DNA of 64,000 nucleotides, from NCBI GenBank assembly GCA_947311485.1, contig CAMZLM010000019.1, forward strand, positions 1,303 to 65,302. Direction: 5' to 3'. Each line of letters begins with the position of its first letter. The stretch's first letter is position 1. A program made the translations under genes and the position numbers. Source of the DNA: an uncultured Rhodobacteraceae bacterium (GTDB lineage Bacteria; Pseudomonadota; Alphaproteobacteria; Rhodobacterales; Rhodobacteraceae). The notes beneath the pieces were generated by a model. It had not been told where the DNA came from. It worked only from the letters and a program-made list of their open reading frames with translations, and searched no databases. Positions 62,593 to 64,000 of this stretch are shown one piece after another.

Positions 62593-63627
62593 CTATTGTG
62601 GCATCAAGACCCAATAGTCCAGATCAAGCAGCACTTCGGGCAGGTATTTTCCATCCGCCCCCTTGAGCGGGAATGCAGAGGCATCGCCCTTGACCGCCAC
62701 CAGACGCAAACGCAGTGCCCCAACGCCGGGGGCGGATGTGTCCGCCTTGTCCAGCACTTCCGACCAGGCCCGCACTGTGTCACCGGCAAAACAGGGGTTT
62801 GCATGGGCACCGGCATTGATACCGGCCACCATTTGCGCATTGGCCAGACCGTTAAACGACAGGCTGCGTGCCAGCGAAATCACATGGCCGCCATACATCA
62901 GGCGCTTGCCATCCGACCGCGCGGTCACATCAAAATGCACCTTGGCGGTGTTCTGCCACAGACGGGTGGCGATCATATGTTCGGCTTCCTCGATGGTGAC
63001 CCCATCAACATGGTCGATTTTTTCGCCGATTTCATAATCACCCCAGCGGTGCGGCTCCCCTGCCAGTGCAAAATCGTAATTGCTGAAATCCAGCCCCTCC
63101 GGAATGGCCAGATCCGCCGGATCAATTGCCGCTGCAAGATCGGGGATCACGGTTTCAGGGGCCGGCGCATCCAGATTGTTTTTGCGCACCATTACCCAGC
63201 GTTTGTAGTCTATCACCACATCGCCATGCTGGTTCGTGCCCTTGGAGTGAACCCAGACCACGCCGTTTTTGCCGCTGGAATTCTGCTTCAGACCGATGAC
63301 TTCGGAGGTGGTGGAAATGGTATCGCCCATATGGATCGGGCACAAAAACCGCCCTTCCGCATACCCCAGATTGGCTAGCGCGTTCAGCGACACATCCGGC
63401 ACGGTTTTCCCAAAGACCACATGGAACCCGGCGATATCATCCAGCGGCGATGCCGCCAAACCGCAGGCGCGGGCGAATTCATCCGAGGAATACAACGCAT
63501 GGCGCGCCGGATAAAGCGCATGATACAACGCCCGCTCGCCACCGGAAACCGTGCGCGGCACCGCATGGGTCAATACCTGCCCGATGCTGTAATCTTCGAA
63601 AAAACGGCCTGAATTTGTCTTTTTCAT
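62593..63627 (-). CDS. mch: Tandem MaoC-like dehydratase, mesaconyl-C1-CoA hydratase of the ethylmalonyl-CoA pathway
   Basis: GRFFEDY, HAVPRTVSGGERALYHALYPARH, GKTVPDVSLNALANLGY, NTAKVHFD; position upstream of sdhC. Confidence 0.8.
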   Translation of the reverse strand: MKKTNSGRFFEDYSIGQVLTHAVPRTVSGGERALYHALYPARHALYSSDEFARACGLAASPLDDIAGFHVVFGKTVPDVSLNALANLGYAEGRFLCPIHMGDTISTTSEVIGLKQNSSGKNGVVWVHSKGTNQHGDVVIDYKRWVMVRKNNLDAPAPETVIPDLAAAIDPADLAIPEGLDFSNYDFALAGEPHRWGDYEIGEKIDHVDGVTIEEAEHMIATRLWQNTAKVHFDVTARSDGKRLMYGGHVISLARSLSFNGLANAQMVAGINAGAHANPCFAGDTVRAWSEVLDKADTSAPGVGALRLRLVAVKGDASAFPLKGADGKYLPEVLLDLDYWVLMPQ

Positions 63628-63830
63628 CAAAGTTGTCCTAATTTAACCTCGGGCGAATACTCACCCTCTGCTTGTTTGATAACCGCCTGCCCGCACCGCA
63701 TCACACCGCGCGCCGCATCAAAGGCATAGCTGGGGGCGCCGTGCAGCTCCCAGCCGTTGGAAATTGCCTCGCTCACCCGATGGCAAAAGGCGGAGGTGTC
63801 GTCCTCGGTAATAAAACGATAGGCAATCAT
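63627..63830 (-). CDS. DUF1737-like small protein
   Basis: YRFITEDDTSAFCHRVSEAI..GWELHG; stop overlaps the mch start. Confidence 0.75.
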   Translation of the reverse strand: MIAYRFITEDDTSAFCHRVSEAISNGWELHGAPSYAFDAARGVMRCGQAVIKQAEGEYSPEVKLGQL

Positions 63831-64000
63831 GCGAATGTCCCCAGAAACGGATTATGACCCAACCAGATGTGAATACCGGCAATGATAGCGAACAATACCA
63901 GCGTAATCACAGCCAGCTTGATATCCCCCTTGATCGGGCCGGGTTCAGGCCGCTGCCATGGCCCCTCGGCGCGGCTGATCAGCAGCATTTCCAGCAAGGC
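63827..64000 (-). CDS. NnrU-like membrane protein, C-terminal part (start beyond the window end)
   Basis: Open frame ..LISRAEGPWQRP...IAGIHIWLGHNPF, stop at 63827; assignment rests on recalled roseobacter synteny. Confidence 0.55.
   Translation of the reverse strand, partial: ALLEMLLISRAEGPWQRPEPGPIKGDIKLAVITLVLFAIIAGIHIWLGHNPFLGTFA

Overview
Chromosomal window (GC roughly 55-60%) from a Rhodobacteraceae/roseobacter-type alphaproteobacterium, mostly housekeeping genes. In order: nadE (partial), a MORN-repeat protein, leuA with a Leu-rich leader, mreBCD-mrdA-rodA, a purine/ureide catabolism block (puuE, allE, allA), an AT-richer Hint-domain protein gene, valS, a four-gene signalling cluster, the propionyl-CoA block (prpE, maeB, methylmalonyl-CoA mutase, pccA, pccB) interleaved with small unannotated genes, an IS66 remnant, ferredoxin, a DegP-type protease, hflKC, gor, rpiA, sdaA, sdhCDAB, a trans-sulfuration enzyme and mch. 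I found no tRNA, rRNA or CRISPR array. The best candidate for an undescribed system is 26665-31880. It encodes a PruR-like (pterin-binding, Cys-less SUOX-fold) periplasmic protein, a membrane sensor with the DcpA-type W-X7-E motif but a degenerate kinase ATP-binding domain, a sensor-less HisKA-HATPase-REC-Hpt hybrid kinase, and a strongly LuxO-like sigma54 activator. A consensus sigma54 promoter lies inside the cluster. All family assignments are from motif recognition and memory of the families; no database search was run.
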